Program-made: the position numbers and the translations under genes
In this document: in pieces, positions 25,823 through 38,499 of the stretch
Layout of the letters: each line of letters opens with the position of its first letter
How positions within the stretch are numbered: position 1 is the stretch's first letter
Assembly: GCA_951406725.2 (NCBI GenBank)
Contig: OX597815.1
Coordinates: 187,922,001 to 187,986,000, forward strand
DNA length: 64,000 nucleotides
Direction: 5' to 3'
DNA from: Octopus vulgaris
Taxonomy: Eukaryota
The notes under the pieces: generated by a model
What the model was told of the DNA's origin: nothing
Database searches by the model: none
What the model saw: the letters and a program-made list of their open reading frames with translations, nothing else

Positions 25823-26597
25823 TTAAATTTGTGTCGTAGTGTGGCAATTGCTGGTTGTAGATTTTTAAATATGTTATTCTAAAGGGAAGGGCAATAGCCA
25901 TGGCTATTTTATGCCATCTGGGACTGGAAAATGGGGGCAATTAGGGAAAGTTATTGTGATTACTGCTTTGATTAAATTGGTGTTGATTGAGGGGAAAATG
26001 TTGAGAGAAGAGAAAGGGATTGATTTATAGGTGGGGATACTGGTATGAAGAGGGACAATGAGTATGGGGTTTAGAAAGTATTGAAAAGGTTACAGTAAAC
26101 ATGACAAACGGAGAAGAATTAGATGCACTGAGTGTATTTAAGAGAAGCGAGTAGGGTGGGTGGGGGTGTATTGAGCAGAAGTCATTGTAGTCAAAGTAGA
26201 AAAGGCAAAAAAACAAAAGGTAATTTGTTGTTGTTATGGCTGAGCCTAACCCAGTTATAATTGATCTTAGATCTATCTTCAAAGACATTCCAGCTGTGAC
26301 CACACAATCTTTTTCAGAATTTCTATTACATATCTACCAAGTTTCTTTCTTTCCAACAATTTTAGGGAGATTTGGCTACTATTTCTAGCCAGTTGAGCAG
26401 CCATTGAAAGGCTCTTTATTGGCTCAGTGCTTAGATTATACTTGAATGGGCAATTATAAATAAATTAATTATCTAGTTAGTCCATAAAGACCTTACTAGC
26501 TAAGATAATACTATCAGTGAAACTAAATGAGGAAAGAAGGGATTATGGTAAATTGTTATATAAGATTTCCCCAACGTTAAGTGTCTCTTCCTCAATC

Positions 26598-26915
26598 TTC
26601 ATCATCATCATTGTTTAATGTCCGCTTCCCATGCTGGCATGGGTTGGACAGTTTGACTGAGGACTGGCAAGCCAGGAGGCTGCACCAGGCTCCAATTCTG
26701 GTCTGGCATGGTTTCTACAGCTGGATGCCCTTCCTAACGCTAACCACTCCGAGAGTGTAATGGGTGCTTTTTATATGCCATCGGCACAGGGGCCAGTTAG
26801 GCAGCACTGGTATCGACCACACTCAAATGGTGCTTTTCACATGCCACCAGCACAGTAGCCAGTCAGGTGGCACTGGTAATGATCATGCCTGAATGGTTCT
26901 TTTTACATGCCATTT
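26598..26915 (-). mobile_element. Family B retroposon
   Basis: (ATC)n tail on the left, GGATGCCCTTCCT core, subrepeats. Confidence 0.75.
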
Positions 26916-28334
26916 AGATCATTTCTGACCTGCTAATATTCACCCAGGGTATCATACACTTAATGATAGCATCATATTGATGCTGACTTTCGAGATGGAA
27001 CAAAATATTCAACATATACATATATTTTTTTTTTTCTGATGAGATGTAAGTCATCATGTGATGGTGGTCTCTCTTTGTCCAAAAAAGATGGTTCTGCAAT
27101 ACCTTGTTGAACGACCTGCACAAATGATTCTCTTATAAGGATCAAAAGATTGTGCTGAACATTAGCTCACTCTTTCCATCAAATTGATGTTAACTGAACA
27201 GGTGCACAGTGTACCATATGTCAGGTGTCAAAGAGATAGCAATGCAATGTGAGATGAAATGTTTTGCTCAAGAACACAATGCAGCACTCAGTCCAGGAAT
27301 TGAAACCATGATCTCTTGATCACGAGTATAACACCCTAAACACTAGGCTACGATGACCCTGACAAGTCAAACAGTCATATATACTGGCATATATGACTGG
27401 CTGATAATAAATTCACCTGCCAAGAACACAGCAAGTCATATTATTTTTTTAATTGTGGACATTAAATGTGAAGGTGCATGGCTCAGTGATTAGAGCGTTG
27501 GGCTCACAATCATGAGGTAGTAAGTTCGATTCCTGGATGGGTTGTATATTGTGTTCTTGAGCAAGACACTTTATTTCACATTGCTCCAGTTCACTCAGCT
27601 GTACAAATAAGATGTGATGTCCCTGGTGCCAAGCTGTATTGGCTTTTGCCTTTCTCATGGACAACATCGGTGGCATGGAGAGAGTAGAGGCTGGTATGCA
27701 TGAGCAACTGCTGGTCTTCCATAAACAATTTTGCCTGGCCTTATGCCTCGGAAGGGAACTTTCTAGGTGCAATCCCATGGTCATACATGACCAAACAGGG
27801 TCTTTACCCTTTCGGACTTTAAATTCTGTGGTATACATAAAATCATTAGTATAGGTGATGGTTAGCATTCAGCTCACCAATGCCTTTGTAACTACCAATA
27901 TCTTTTTATAAACCTAGATGTCTTATATGTAGGCATCTAAGGTAAACATATGCATTTTCTCTTTTACTGGTTCCAGTAGACTGTGGTTATGCTGAGCCGC
28001 TGCCATTTGGAAAACATTTTGAGAACATGTCTAGCAATATCTTTTGACCCATGCAGTATCTCTCTCTCTCTCCTTTTTTTTTTTCTGTATGATTAATTCT
28101 ATACAAAAATTGTTTCTCCACAGTCTAAGCCTTTGCTATTTACTGTAAACAATCTCATCATTGCCTGGATGAATTTATACCTCACTCATGAAATTCATTT
28201 TACTGAAATATAAAATATTCTCTTTCAGAATATTTAATCTTTCAGCTTGCTACTTTATTCTCTATCATTCTATCATTCCATTATTCTCTATCGTTACAAA
28301 AGAATTATTAGATTTCTAATATACTTTCACTTAC

Positions 28335-28373
28335 ATTTTCAGTCAATGTTTCACCAGCAAACATAAAACTATT
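28335..28373 (-). CDS. Candidate 39-nt symmetric microexon (NSFMFAGETLTEN); unverified
   Basis: Minus strand cctttaatttgtAG | AATAGTTTTATGTTTGCTGGTGAAACATTGACTGAAAAT | GTAAGT; only phase 0 is open; lies in repeat-poor sequence. Confidence 0.25.
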
Positions 28374-29534
28374 CTACAAATTAAAGGTAGACATTTTTAA
28401 AATATTTTTTTTTTCTCTTTTTCCCTCCTTTTGTATTGTACTTTCACTGTTTGTGTGTTTGCAAGAATTTTAGCTAATTTGGTTTATCAAATTATCAGCC
28501 CAAAAGATAGCAGGAAATGTTCTTCTCCACAATCCTTGCTGTAATTACTTGGCTGTTATTGATTCTCCTCTGATTACAATCATGATGTATAGTTCTCAGC
28601 AATATTCATCTACTATTAGCATAAATCTAATGTTTCATATATCACCCTTTTCTCAATATTTTGTACTTCATGTTCATTAATTTTTTTTCTCTGTTTTCAT
28701 ATAATAGCAATTATGATGTTGTTGTTGTCGTGACAGCAGTAAGAGTTGTTTATCTTCAATCATCACAACATCCACCTCCTCATCAGCAGCACATTGCCAC
28801 CATCATCATTATTATTATTATTATTATTATTATTTTTTCATCAATTGCTTTGTCACCAATATCGTTATACTTATCATTATTATTTGCTATATGAATTTCT
28901 TCTATATTTGTCTTTGTTACTTGTTTTTGTTTTGTTTTTTTGCTTTATTTTCCTGTTGTTATGGAAACAAGTTTGTTATAGAAATACAATTTCCGAATAA
29001 AGAAATTTATTTTGAGTGCATCAGACAGAAAACGTGAAGAATGATCTTGTTTGAAATCAATATATCTCCAAACTTAATTCTCTGTCAAGTTATTTAGAGT
29101 TTGATGAAATCTTTCTAAATCACAATTATTTTTAGCTTTTTATTATCAAGCTTGTCTGTATTTTTATAATGTATAATACAATGAAATAAATACTGTAGGT
29201 TTAAATGTTTTTCAAAATTGGTCAAATTAAAAAAGTTGTACAAAAGTTATTGAATTAGATATCAATTTTAAAAGTTGAAACTCTTCCTCAAAATTTATTG
29301 ATTCCAACAAACTGAATTCAAGAGTAGACAGCACTTCTCCAGATGGTTAGTATCGGGAACTGTACTATCTTCAAGAGTGGAAACACTGGATAATTGCCTG
29401 GGAGATTCTCAGAGGTCCAGGAACTGAATTCTAATCTATGGTTGCTGTGGTGATGCACGGACGGGTTCCAGGTCATTGCTTTGCCTAGTGAAAGGGTTGG
29501 GGAGGACTCAAATGTTTAACACTTCAGCATTTAA

Positions 29535-29742
29535 CCCTTTAGTATTTAAACTGGCCAAATAGTTAATCTGTTTTATGTTCAAACTGACCAGATCCATGCT
29601 CTCACACTTACCCTACAATGTTGTTCTATATTAAGTAATTACACCATCAAGCTCTTGAAGATATGAGATAATGCATGATTAATTCAAATCAATGGGAATC
29701 AATAGGCATTATGTTTGATAGAATAATCTGAACACTAAAGGG
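29535..29742. mobile_element. TTAA-MITE inserted into a related MITE
   Basis: TTAA|CCCTTTAG...CTAAAGGG|TTAA. Confidence 0.8.
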
Positions 29743-29974
29743 TTAAACTGGCCACATCAGACCTGCATATTCTACTGGTTTTATGTTCAATTTGCCAGAT
29801 TTGACCTTTCACAATTTAGAATATTTGAAATTAAGAAATTATAAACAGTGGCTATCCAGAATTCAGTCAAACAGTCCAACCCATGCCAGCATGGAAAACA
29901 GATGTTAAACAATGATGATGATGAAGATAAAAGATGCATAGAATTTAATTAATTTTTTTGCTTACTTATTTTTC

Positions 29975-30196
29975 ATCTTTTACTTGTTTCAGTCATTTGA
30001 CTGCAACCATGCTGGAGCACTGCCTTTAGTTGAATGAATCAACCTCAGGACTTAGTCTTTGTAAGTCTAATACTTATTATATCAGTCTCTTTTGCCAAGA
30101 CATTTAGTTACAGGGACGTAAACACACCAACATTGGTTGTCAAGCAATGGTGAGGAAACAAACACTGACACACACACATATATATATATATATATA

Positions 30197-30243
<47 letters not shown>

Positions 30244-32069
30244 GATATATATATATATGGGGGGGGGAACAAACAGACACACAAATAGATATATATATAT
30301 ATAAATAGATAGATAAACAATGAGCTTCTTTCATTTTCCATCTACCAAATCCACTCACAAGGCTTTGATCGGCTTGAGGTTATTGTAGAAGACAGTTGCC
30401 CAAGGTGCCATGCAGTGAAACTGAACCCAGAACCATGTGGTTGGGAAGCAAGCTTCTTACCACACAGCCACGCCTGCTTATTTTTTATCTTTTACTTGTT
30501 TCAGTCATTAGACTGTGGCCATGCTGGGGTACTGTCTCAAAGAATTTTAGTTGAAAGACTTGATCCCAGTACTTTTTTTTTCAAGCCTAGTACTTATTCT
30601 GTTGATCTATTTTGCCAAACTGCTGAGTTACATGGATGCAAACAGACCAACACCGGTTGTTAAGCAGTAGTGGGGGACAGACACTGACACAAAGATACTC
30701 ACACACACACACATGGGCTTCTTGTAGTTTCTATCTATCAGATCCACTCACAAGGCTATGGTCAGCTCGAAGCTGTAGTAAAAAAGACTTGCCCAAGGTA
30801 CCACACAGTGAGACTGAACCTGGATCTGTGTGATTGGGAAACAAACTTCTTACCACACAGCCACACCTGACTAGATCCTTCAAATTTCTAGTCAGAGGTA
30901 GTCTTGTATAACACTATTTCATTCTTTTTAAAAATCATCAGCATGATATAACCAGGGACTTAACTATTTTATGAAGTGAAGCATTTCATTAAAGATGGAA
31001 ATAATAATAACCCTAGAGAAAATTCATGGAATGGGTTTTCTTTTTCTTTTCTTCATAGAATTTTAGTAATTCAGGAGTGAAGAGGAAAGAGAATAATTTC
31101 TTGTTGTCTACATACTGAATAATAAATGCTTCCAGTGAAAATGTCTGACAGTCGCCAGTAATGAGTATGTAATTTTACAAATTCATAAGTAATTCGTATC
31201 AAATTATAGCTACTCTTTTCCTTGTTTCAGTCATTTGACTGTGGCCAGGTTGGAGCCCCACCTTTAGTCAAGCAAATCGACCCCAGGACTTATTCTTTGT
31301 AAGTCTAGTACTTATTCTATCAGTCTCTTTTGCTGAACCGCTAAGTTACAGGGACATAAACACACCAGCATCGGTTGTCAAGTGATGTTGGGGGACAGAC
31401 AGACACACAAACACATACATATATATACATATATACAACAGGCTTCTTTCTGTTTCCGTCTACCAAATCCACTCACAAGGCTTTGGTTGGCCCATGGCTA
31501 TAGTAAAAGACACTTGCCCAAGGTGCCACGCAGTGGAACTGAACCCGGAACCATGTGGTTCGTAAGCAAGCTACTTACCACACAGCCACTCCTACGCCTA
31601 GTTGTAGTCTTAAAGTCTAAAACATTTTTTTTTAAATAAAAACTTTTGGAGATTTTATCAGCATGTAATTTCAAAAGTGTGCACAGGAGAAATTTCCTGT
31701 GAATGAGGTGTTACCCATTCATCTAATATTATAACTTATGACAGGCTAGTTGAAGTTGCCTACTCATGGGTTTAAAAACTGGTATCATATTGCATCAAAC
31801 TACTTTATTTCATTGTGCAAGATTGATTCATTATGGATGGTAATTTCTAAAATGAACTTTAGTAGTATAAGTACATAAAATGCTAGTCTTTCTGACTGGC
31901 TTTTCTTTTACTCTTTTATTTGTTTCAGTCATTTGACTGAAGCCATGCTGGAGCACTGCCTTTAGTCAAACAAATCAAACCCAGGACTTATTCTTTGTAA
32001 GCCTAGTAATTACATCAGCTGTCAAGTGATGGTGGAGGGACAAACACGGACACAGAACTACATACATAC

Positions 32070-32109
<40 letters not shown>

Positions 32110-32562
32110 AAGTAAATAAATGGTACAACGAAGTACCGATATTTACTAGAAAATAGTGATCGTAATAAATACGACGTTATTGTATAGCTTCACTGCGTAT
32201 ATACTAGTAAAGACATGTGTGTATGCAACAAACATGAAAAAATTTGTCTTACCTCTAGGAAGAACATCTGAAAAATGAAAAACCTAGAAACAGATAATGC
32301 AGTACCGGTTTCAGACTCTTCAAATATGTTTGCCAATGTAGATTTGATTTGTCTTCATCAGCTGCATATACCTCGACAAAATTTCAAATGTTGCCATATC
32401 TATGCCAGTACACTCGTCTGAACGCCAAAATGTTAACAGCACAAGAACTGATACTATTCCTGGGTTCGATTTGCTTGACTAAAGGTGGTGCTCCAGCCTG
32501 GCCACAATCAAATGACTGAAACAAGGAAAAGAGTAGCCATAATTTGATATGAATTACATACT

Positions 32563-32598
<36 letters not shown>

Positions 32599-33083
32599 CA
32601 TGATGGGCTTCTTTCAGTTTCTGTCTACCAAATCCACTCAAAAAGGCCTGAAGCTATAGTAGAAGACGTCTAAGGTGCCACACAGTGGGACTGAACCTAA
32701 AACCATGTGGTTGGGAAGCAAGCTTCTCATCACACAGATACTCCTGCTTGTCTGATGATTGTTTATATATTCTGTCTTATAATTCGACAACTATATGTTC
32801 AAAAGGAAACTGCTATTCAATAACCTACATCAGTTTGTGTTTCGGTCAAGATCTGTTACAAAGAAAAATGAAAACTTTATTCTTTTACTGGTTTCAGTCA
32901 TTTGACTGCGGCCATGCTGGATAAATTGACCCCACGACTTATTATTTGTAAACCTAGTACTTATTCCGTCGGTCTCTTTTGTTGAAATGCCTAGTTACAG
33001 AGCATGTAGAAACACCAACATTGGTTGTCAAGGGATAGTGGGGGACAAACAGAGACAATGCGGACACAAACACACATAAATAT

Positions 33084-33116
<33 letters not shown>

Positions 33117-33260
33117 ATGGGCTTCTCCCAGTTTCCTCTACCAAATCCACTCAAGGCTTTGGTCAGCCCATAGCTACAGTAGAAGACTCTTGCCCAAGGT
33201 TCCTCGTAGTTGAACTGAACCCAGGACCATGTGGTTGGTAAGCAATAACTTTTCAATAGT
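29975..33260 (-). mobile_element. Cluster of five family A SINEs (29975-30475, 30485-30870, 31210-31598, 31905-32745, 32880-33260)
   Basis: Repeated TTGTTTCAGTCATTTGACTG...CACACAGCC modules in the same orientation. Confidence 0.85.
32297..32367 (-). ncRNA. Minimal type I hammerhead ribozyme, intact core
   Basis: ATGCAG-CTGATGA-AGAC[loop]GTCT-GAA-ACCGGT-A-CTGCAT: 6-bp stem I, 4-bp stem II, palindromic stem III, GUA triplet. Confidence 0.8.
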
Positions 33261-33635
33261 ATTTGCTGCATCTCTATTTTTAATCTCTTGCTTTTTTTCA
33301 GTTTGCCATGTTAGGTGCTGCCATGCTGGGGCAATAATATGAAGGATTTTGTACAACAAACCAATTCAAGGTTAAATTTTAAAATCTGGCACTTGTTTTA
33401 ATTGCTTATTTTACCAAGTTCCTAAGTTACAGTGATGTAAACACACTGCAACAGTTGTCACGTGGTGGTGGATCACAAACACAATGACACTCACATAGAC
33501 ATACATATGTGTGTGTGTGTGTGTGTATGGCAGGATTTAAATGAAGATGATGCTATCCTACCCATGCCAGCATGGGAAACTGGCATTAACTGATGATACA
33601 CACATATATATACATGTGTGTGTGTGTGTGTGTGT

Positions 33636-33990
33636 GTAAATCGAAATCGATCAATGGAAATTGCAGATGTGTTACCAGTGCCGGTGGCATGTAAGAGAAC
33701 CTTCCGTTTTGCGACCGTTGCCAGCGCCGCCCCGACTGGCCTCGTGCTGGTGGCACGTAAAAAGCACCATCCGTTCGTGTCCGTTTGCCAGCTCTGTCTG
33801 GCACCTGTGCGGGTGGCACGTAAAAAGCACCCACTGCACTCACGGAGTGGTTAGCGTTAGGAAGTGCATCCAGCCGTAGAAACACTGCCAGATTTGACTG
33901 GGCCTGGTGAAGCCTTCTGGCTTCACAGACCCCAGTAGAACCGTCCAACCCATGTTAGCATGGAAAACGGATGCTAAATGATGATGATGA
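33636..33990 (+). mobile_element. Family B retroposon, followed by a Penelope-like fragment (34000-34115)
   Basis: Subrepeats, core and (GAT)n tail. Confidence 0.75.
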
Positions 33991-34349
33991 TATATATATG
34001 TAAAAAAATACAAACTGGGACAAGAACGCAAAACATTTAGAAGACGATACAAAAAACACGGAGGGAACATTCGAAGCCTTCAATCTTCAGTCAAGAACCG
34101 AATCATCCTCGCAATGCATATATTCTTTTGTTCTTGTTTTCTTTGTTTCAGTCATTTGACTGCAGCCATGCTGGGGCACCGCCTTTAGTCGAAATAATCA
34201 ACTCCAGGACAGTCTTTGTAAGCCTGGTGCTTATTCTATCAGTCTCTATTGCCGAACTACTAAGTTACAGGGATGTAAACACACCAACATCAGTTGTCAA
34301 GCGATGATGGGAGGGGGACAAACAGACACACAAATACATATATACATCC

Positions 34350-37243
34350 TCACTCTTATAGAACTCAGTCAAAATTGTTACCTCTAAGACACGGGGCTGC
34401 ATCCCTTTCACCACCAGTTATAGCGCCATTGCACAGACAAGGTGGATCCAGATTCCTGAGCAACATGACTGGGGCCCACTTTCTAAGTGTTAAGTGGTGA
34501 CGTGGCATCCCTGATGGCTGTAGAGAGTTCGGGAACTCAGTTGGAAAAACTACAGCCTAGTCCTGATCAATGGCAGTGTTGAGGGATTTGAAAGACTGTT
34601 CTTGTCCGGGCAACAGCTGTAAGAGATCCCAGTTGATTTTGTTGACAGCATCATTACGTGGAGCTAAGATGGCTCGCTCACAGAGCCATTGACTGTTGCT
34701 AAAGTTTTATGCAATGTTTGGGAGCACATGCATTATGAGATCATTGACAGTGGGTACCATCTCACCACAGGGTAGCCGGTGTTGCTGCATTTGGTTCACA
34801 TAAGGTAGTTTCCCATTCCCTATCTTCAGAAGCTGGTTTGAAAACAGCCCGGTAGTTTGATCACCAAATAACTGGGCCCTCATTTTACCTGTCAGGTGCA
34901 GTTTAGTTGCTTGCCTCTACAGATAGGATTGCTTGAGACAGGCTTGTAGTTCATCTACTTTTGTACCTTTTGGGATCACAGGAAGGATTTGTTTGAAATT
35001 GCCAACCAAAACTGTAGTAACCTCCAACCAGGAGAATGTCTTTTCCTCTCAAATCTCTTAGGCTACAGTCAACAGCTTCAAGTGCTCCACAGTGAGACAT
35101 GACACATTCATCCCAGACAATCAAGCGTGTCTGCTGCAAGACCTTGGCCTTTGCTGATGTCTTAGAAATGTTGCAAACTGGAGTTTCTCATCATCATCAT
35201 CGTTTAACGTCCACTTTCCATGCTGGCATGGGTTGGACGGTTTGACTGGTGACTGGTGAGCCAGATGGCTGTACTAGTCTCCAATCTGATCCGGCAGAGT
35301 TTCTACAGCTGGATGCTCTTCCTAATGCCAACCACTCCGAGAGTGTAGTGGGTGCTTTTATGTGCCACCAGCACGAGGGCCAGTCAGGCAGTACTGGCAA
35401 TGACCATGCTCAAATGGTGTTTTTACATGTCACCTGCACAGAAGCCAGTCTAGCGTTACTGGCAACGATCTTGCTCGAATGTTGTTTTTCACATACACCA
35501 GCACAAGTGCCAGTAAAGCGACGCTGGTAATGATCACGGTTGAATGGTGCTTTTTACGTGCCACCAGCACAGGAGCCAGTCAGCGACCCTGGCAACGAGC
35601 ATGCTCAGATGGTGCTCTTAGCACTCCACTAGCATGGGTGCCAGTCATGCGGTGCTGTCATCGAATTTGATTTCAATTCCACCGTCCTAACTAAATTCAA
35701 AGGAAGCTTGAAAATAGAATGAGCTATTTGTCCACCTGTCCAGAGAGCAGCTGCTATTCCAAAAGATGCTACCACCAATGCAATGCACCCACCTAGATGG
35801 ACTTTTGCTAATAAAAGGTTTATCAAAAACGCCTTGACACTACCCCTAGGAGCATCCAAAAAGAACAGGCCACCTTTTTCCTCCTGAGTCACTTGAATGA
35901 TGCAATTGTAAGCTGTCTGTTGTTCAGTCAAAAGCTTTGACTCATTCTCTGTCACATACTCATAGAGAATGTTCATGTTATAGGATGTCTCCTATAAAAT
36001 TTCATGGTCTGTTCTCTTATTGGATCTGGCAAGCCATACTCCAGCAAAGGTCTTCCTCAAAGCTGAAGGACCTTGTCTTCAAGAAGTTGAACCTCATTCT
36101 TGATGTTGTCAGTAAGCTGGATTTCGAGATCTTGATTTTGCTTCTGCAGTCTGTTAACAATGTCTTCACAGAAAGACACCTGTAACCCTCCGTGGGATGA
36201 AATCAAGGCCCTGCTTCTACCAGGACAACATTCTCACTAAGGCACAACCTTTTGTCATGTGTTTCAGCAAAAGCTATTGAAGATGTTAGCATTTATTACC
36301 AAGCATCACATCTTTGGTTAAACTGTTTGCCACATGTACACAGTTGAATGGCAGAAACGATGTCTGTCGCATGCCCATATCCTAATCAGGCTTAAAGACG
36401 AAATTCATCCAAATCAAATTGATTCCATCATTAGTGCCAAGCTTTCTGACAAAACAGATGATCCTGAACTCAGATGGTGTAATGTCACGAAAAGATCGAG
36501 ACGTCCATATGTCCTGACACATGTCATGGCATCCTGTGCTCTCTCGTGCATAAACTGAGGGGCTTCCTGTGAATGTAGATGGCAGAATGACCAACTGTCC
36601 CATGCTGCTGACATCACAATCCGCTGCAATGTCATCGTGCAGGTGGACATGACCCTGCACAAAGCATTTTCTGATGTTGTTGAATGAAGAGAAGGCGCTC
36701 GCTCTCAACCTTTGCAGAGACAACCAGGAATTGATGGAGGAGGTCACAGCATCGCAGAAGATGGCTTCAGTTGGCAGGGCGGATCATAAGTATGTAAGCG
36801 TAGTAGTCATTAGCTGAGACCTTCTTGTTAGTAGGCTGTTTAGTGGTGGGATCTACTTGTGAAATATTAAAATGATATCCATCTTGCCCTTGCCAGAAAA
36901 TTAGTGGGTAATAAAAAGAAAAATCATATGACTGATGAGTTTCTGATACGTATGTCAGTCTGGAATCTCGCTGGTGAATGATGATGTCTCGACGATAGTG
37001 TTGTTCACTGACCAGGAGAATGGCCACTTTTTTCGCAGCTGGTGCATTGAAACAACATTCAGGCTCACCTACTGGTCTCTTATTTGACCTGATTACTACT
37101 TTAAAGTTACCATTTGGATGTTTGGATGTGGCTGTTCCACTGCTGTCTTGAAGCTTCTTATGAGATCTTTGTGGGTGTGGAACATTTCTTGCAAAGCTAT
37201 CACAGTGTTTCTGTCAAGACAGGAACTGCTTCTCCTTGGTCAT
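34350..37243 (-). pseudogene. Helitron Rep/PIF1-helicase (RepHel) pseudogene
   Basis: YPLIFWQGQDGYH; ILPSTFTGSP...AQDAMTCVRTYGRLDLFVT; YTVEWQKRCLSHAHIL (HUH, inverted); GGLFFLDAPRGSVK (Walker A); AHSIFKLPLNL; LIVWDECVMSH. Many stops and frameshifts. Confidence 0.92.
35189..35680 (-). mobile_element. Family B retroposon inserted in the helicase coding region
   Basis: Splits the reading LPLNLVRT | ETPVCNISK. Confidence 0.85.
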
Positions 37244-38300
37244 AACTGACACAAAAGAGGGTGTTGCTCCTTGGTCTGGCTGACACAAAAGAGGAAGAGA
37301 TAGGAAATGCTGTCTGTAGACTATGGTCAGTAATGTAGGTCAAACCGTAATCAAAGGACTGACCTTTGGCGATCTTTCGATACTAGTAACGTAACTGTCA
37401 CTTATAAACCACGTGGATTTATTTACATTTCTGAAGATATATATATGTACATACATACACTGCGCATTGTAACCTTTTGAATTAAAGGTACACTCACAAG
37501 ATAAATGTCAACCCAGTGACCCCTGCTCACGATGTCACGCAGGGTGTGTATGAACATATATCTTCAGAAATGTAAATAAACCCACGTAAATTTATAAATG
37601 ACAGTTAAGTTACTAGTATCGAAAGATCGCCCGCGCGGCGCTTGTTTTGACAAACAACAATCGGGTAGATTTGGTTTCAAATCTCAGACAGGACCAAGCG
37701 TGGTCCCTACATACGTATCGGAAAATCAATGTTCAATATAGATTACGTCATTCAATTAATTGAAAAAAAGGTGTCTATTTCCGTATAAAATTTTTTTCCT
37801 CACACACACTCACATAACTATAAATGTTACATATATGAAACAGATCTGTTGACAATTGAGCAATTAAATAAAATCTCTGAATGAAAATGTTTTTATCTCA
37901 CAAACACACACATCTTACACAAATAGAAAGCCGTAGGAGGTATAACTACAGATTTCTGCACCCGAATTTGGATAATCATAACTTTCAGAAACTAAAGCGT
38001 TTGACCAGGTCAGAAAAAAAAAAGTGTAATAGGTGTAAAACAACTTCCTCTAAACGAGGCGTAATCTACATTTTTGTGAAACTTTGAAATATTTGTTTGG
38101 AAAACAATCTACAATAATGTTCAGCATATCATTGGTTACTGTGTGAAAATTTGATCTTTCTTCATGAATCCGCTCTGTAATTCAGTGTAGTAGCATGCGT
38201 TTGTGGTTGAGAATGTTTTTCTGAGACACACGGTTCTTTTTTTTTTTTTTAACTTATATTCCACAACTTCATCTTTTAAAGAGGAACAAAGTATATATAT

Positions 38301-38499
38301 AAGTGCTTTTCAAACTTTTTGCTGGAGCGGAACCCCAAGGAAACATTCCACTGGCTCGAGGAACTCCTGTGCAATAATTTTAGTCTTATGCATACAAATC
38401 TGCACAGGAGACTTAAAAATTACTGCCGATTTTAGCAGTTTTGTAACTTCTTGCGGAACCCCTGGACTGTACTGGCGGAACCCTGGTTGAAAACCACTG
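38301..38499. mobile_element. hAT-type MITE (copy of 7921-8139)
   Basis: Same interior; ATATATAT TSD. Confidence 0.85.

Noticed and set aside
27512-27533. TGAGGTAGTAAGTT resembling let-7
   Set aside because: Part of a SINE head next to the B box; diverges from let-7 in the 3' half and has no precursor hairpin.
36931-36960. Other CTGATGA words (also ~42387, ~27036, ~49231)
   Set aside because: No stem II plus GAAA or stem I in register, so not hammerheads.
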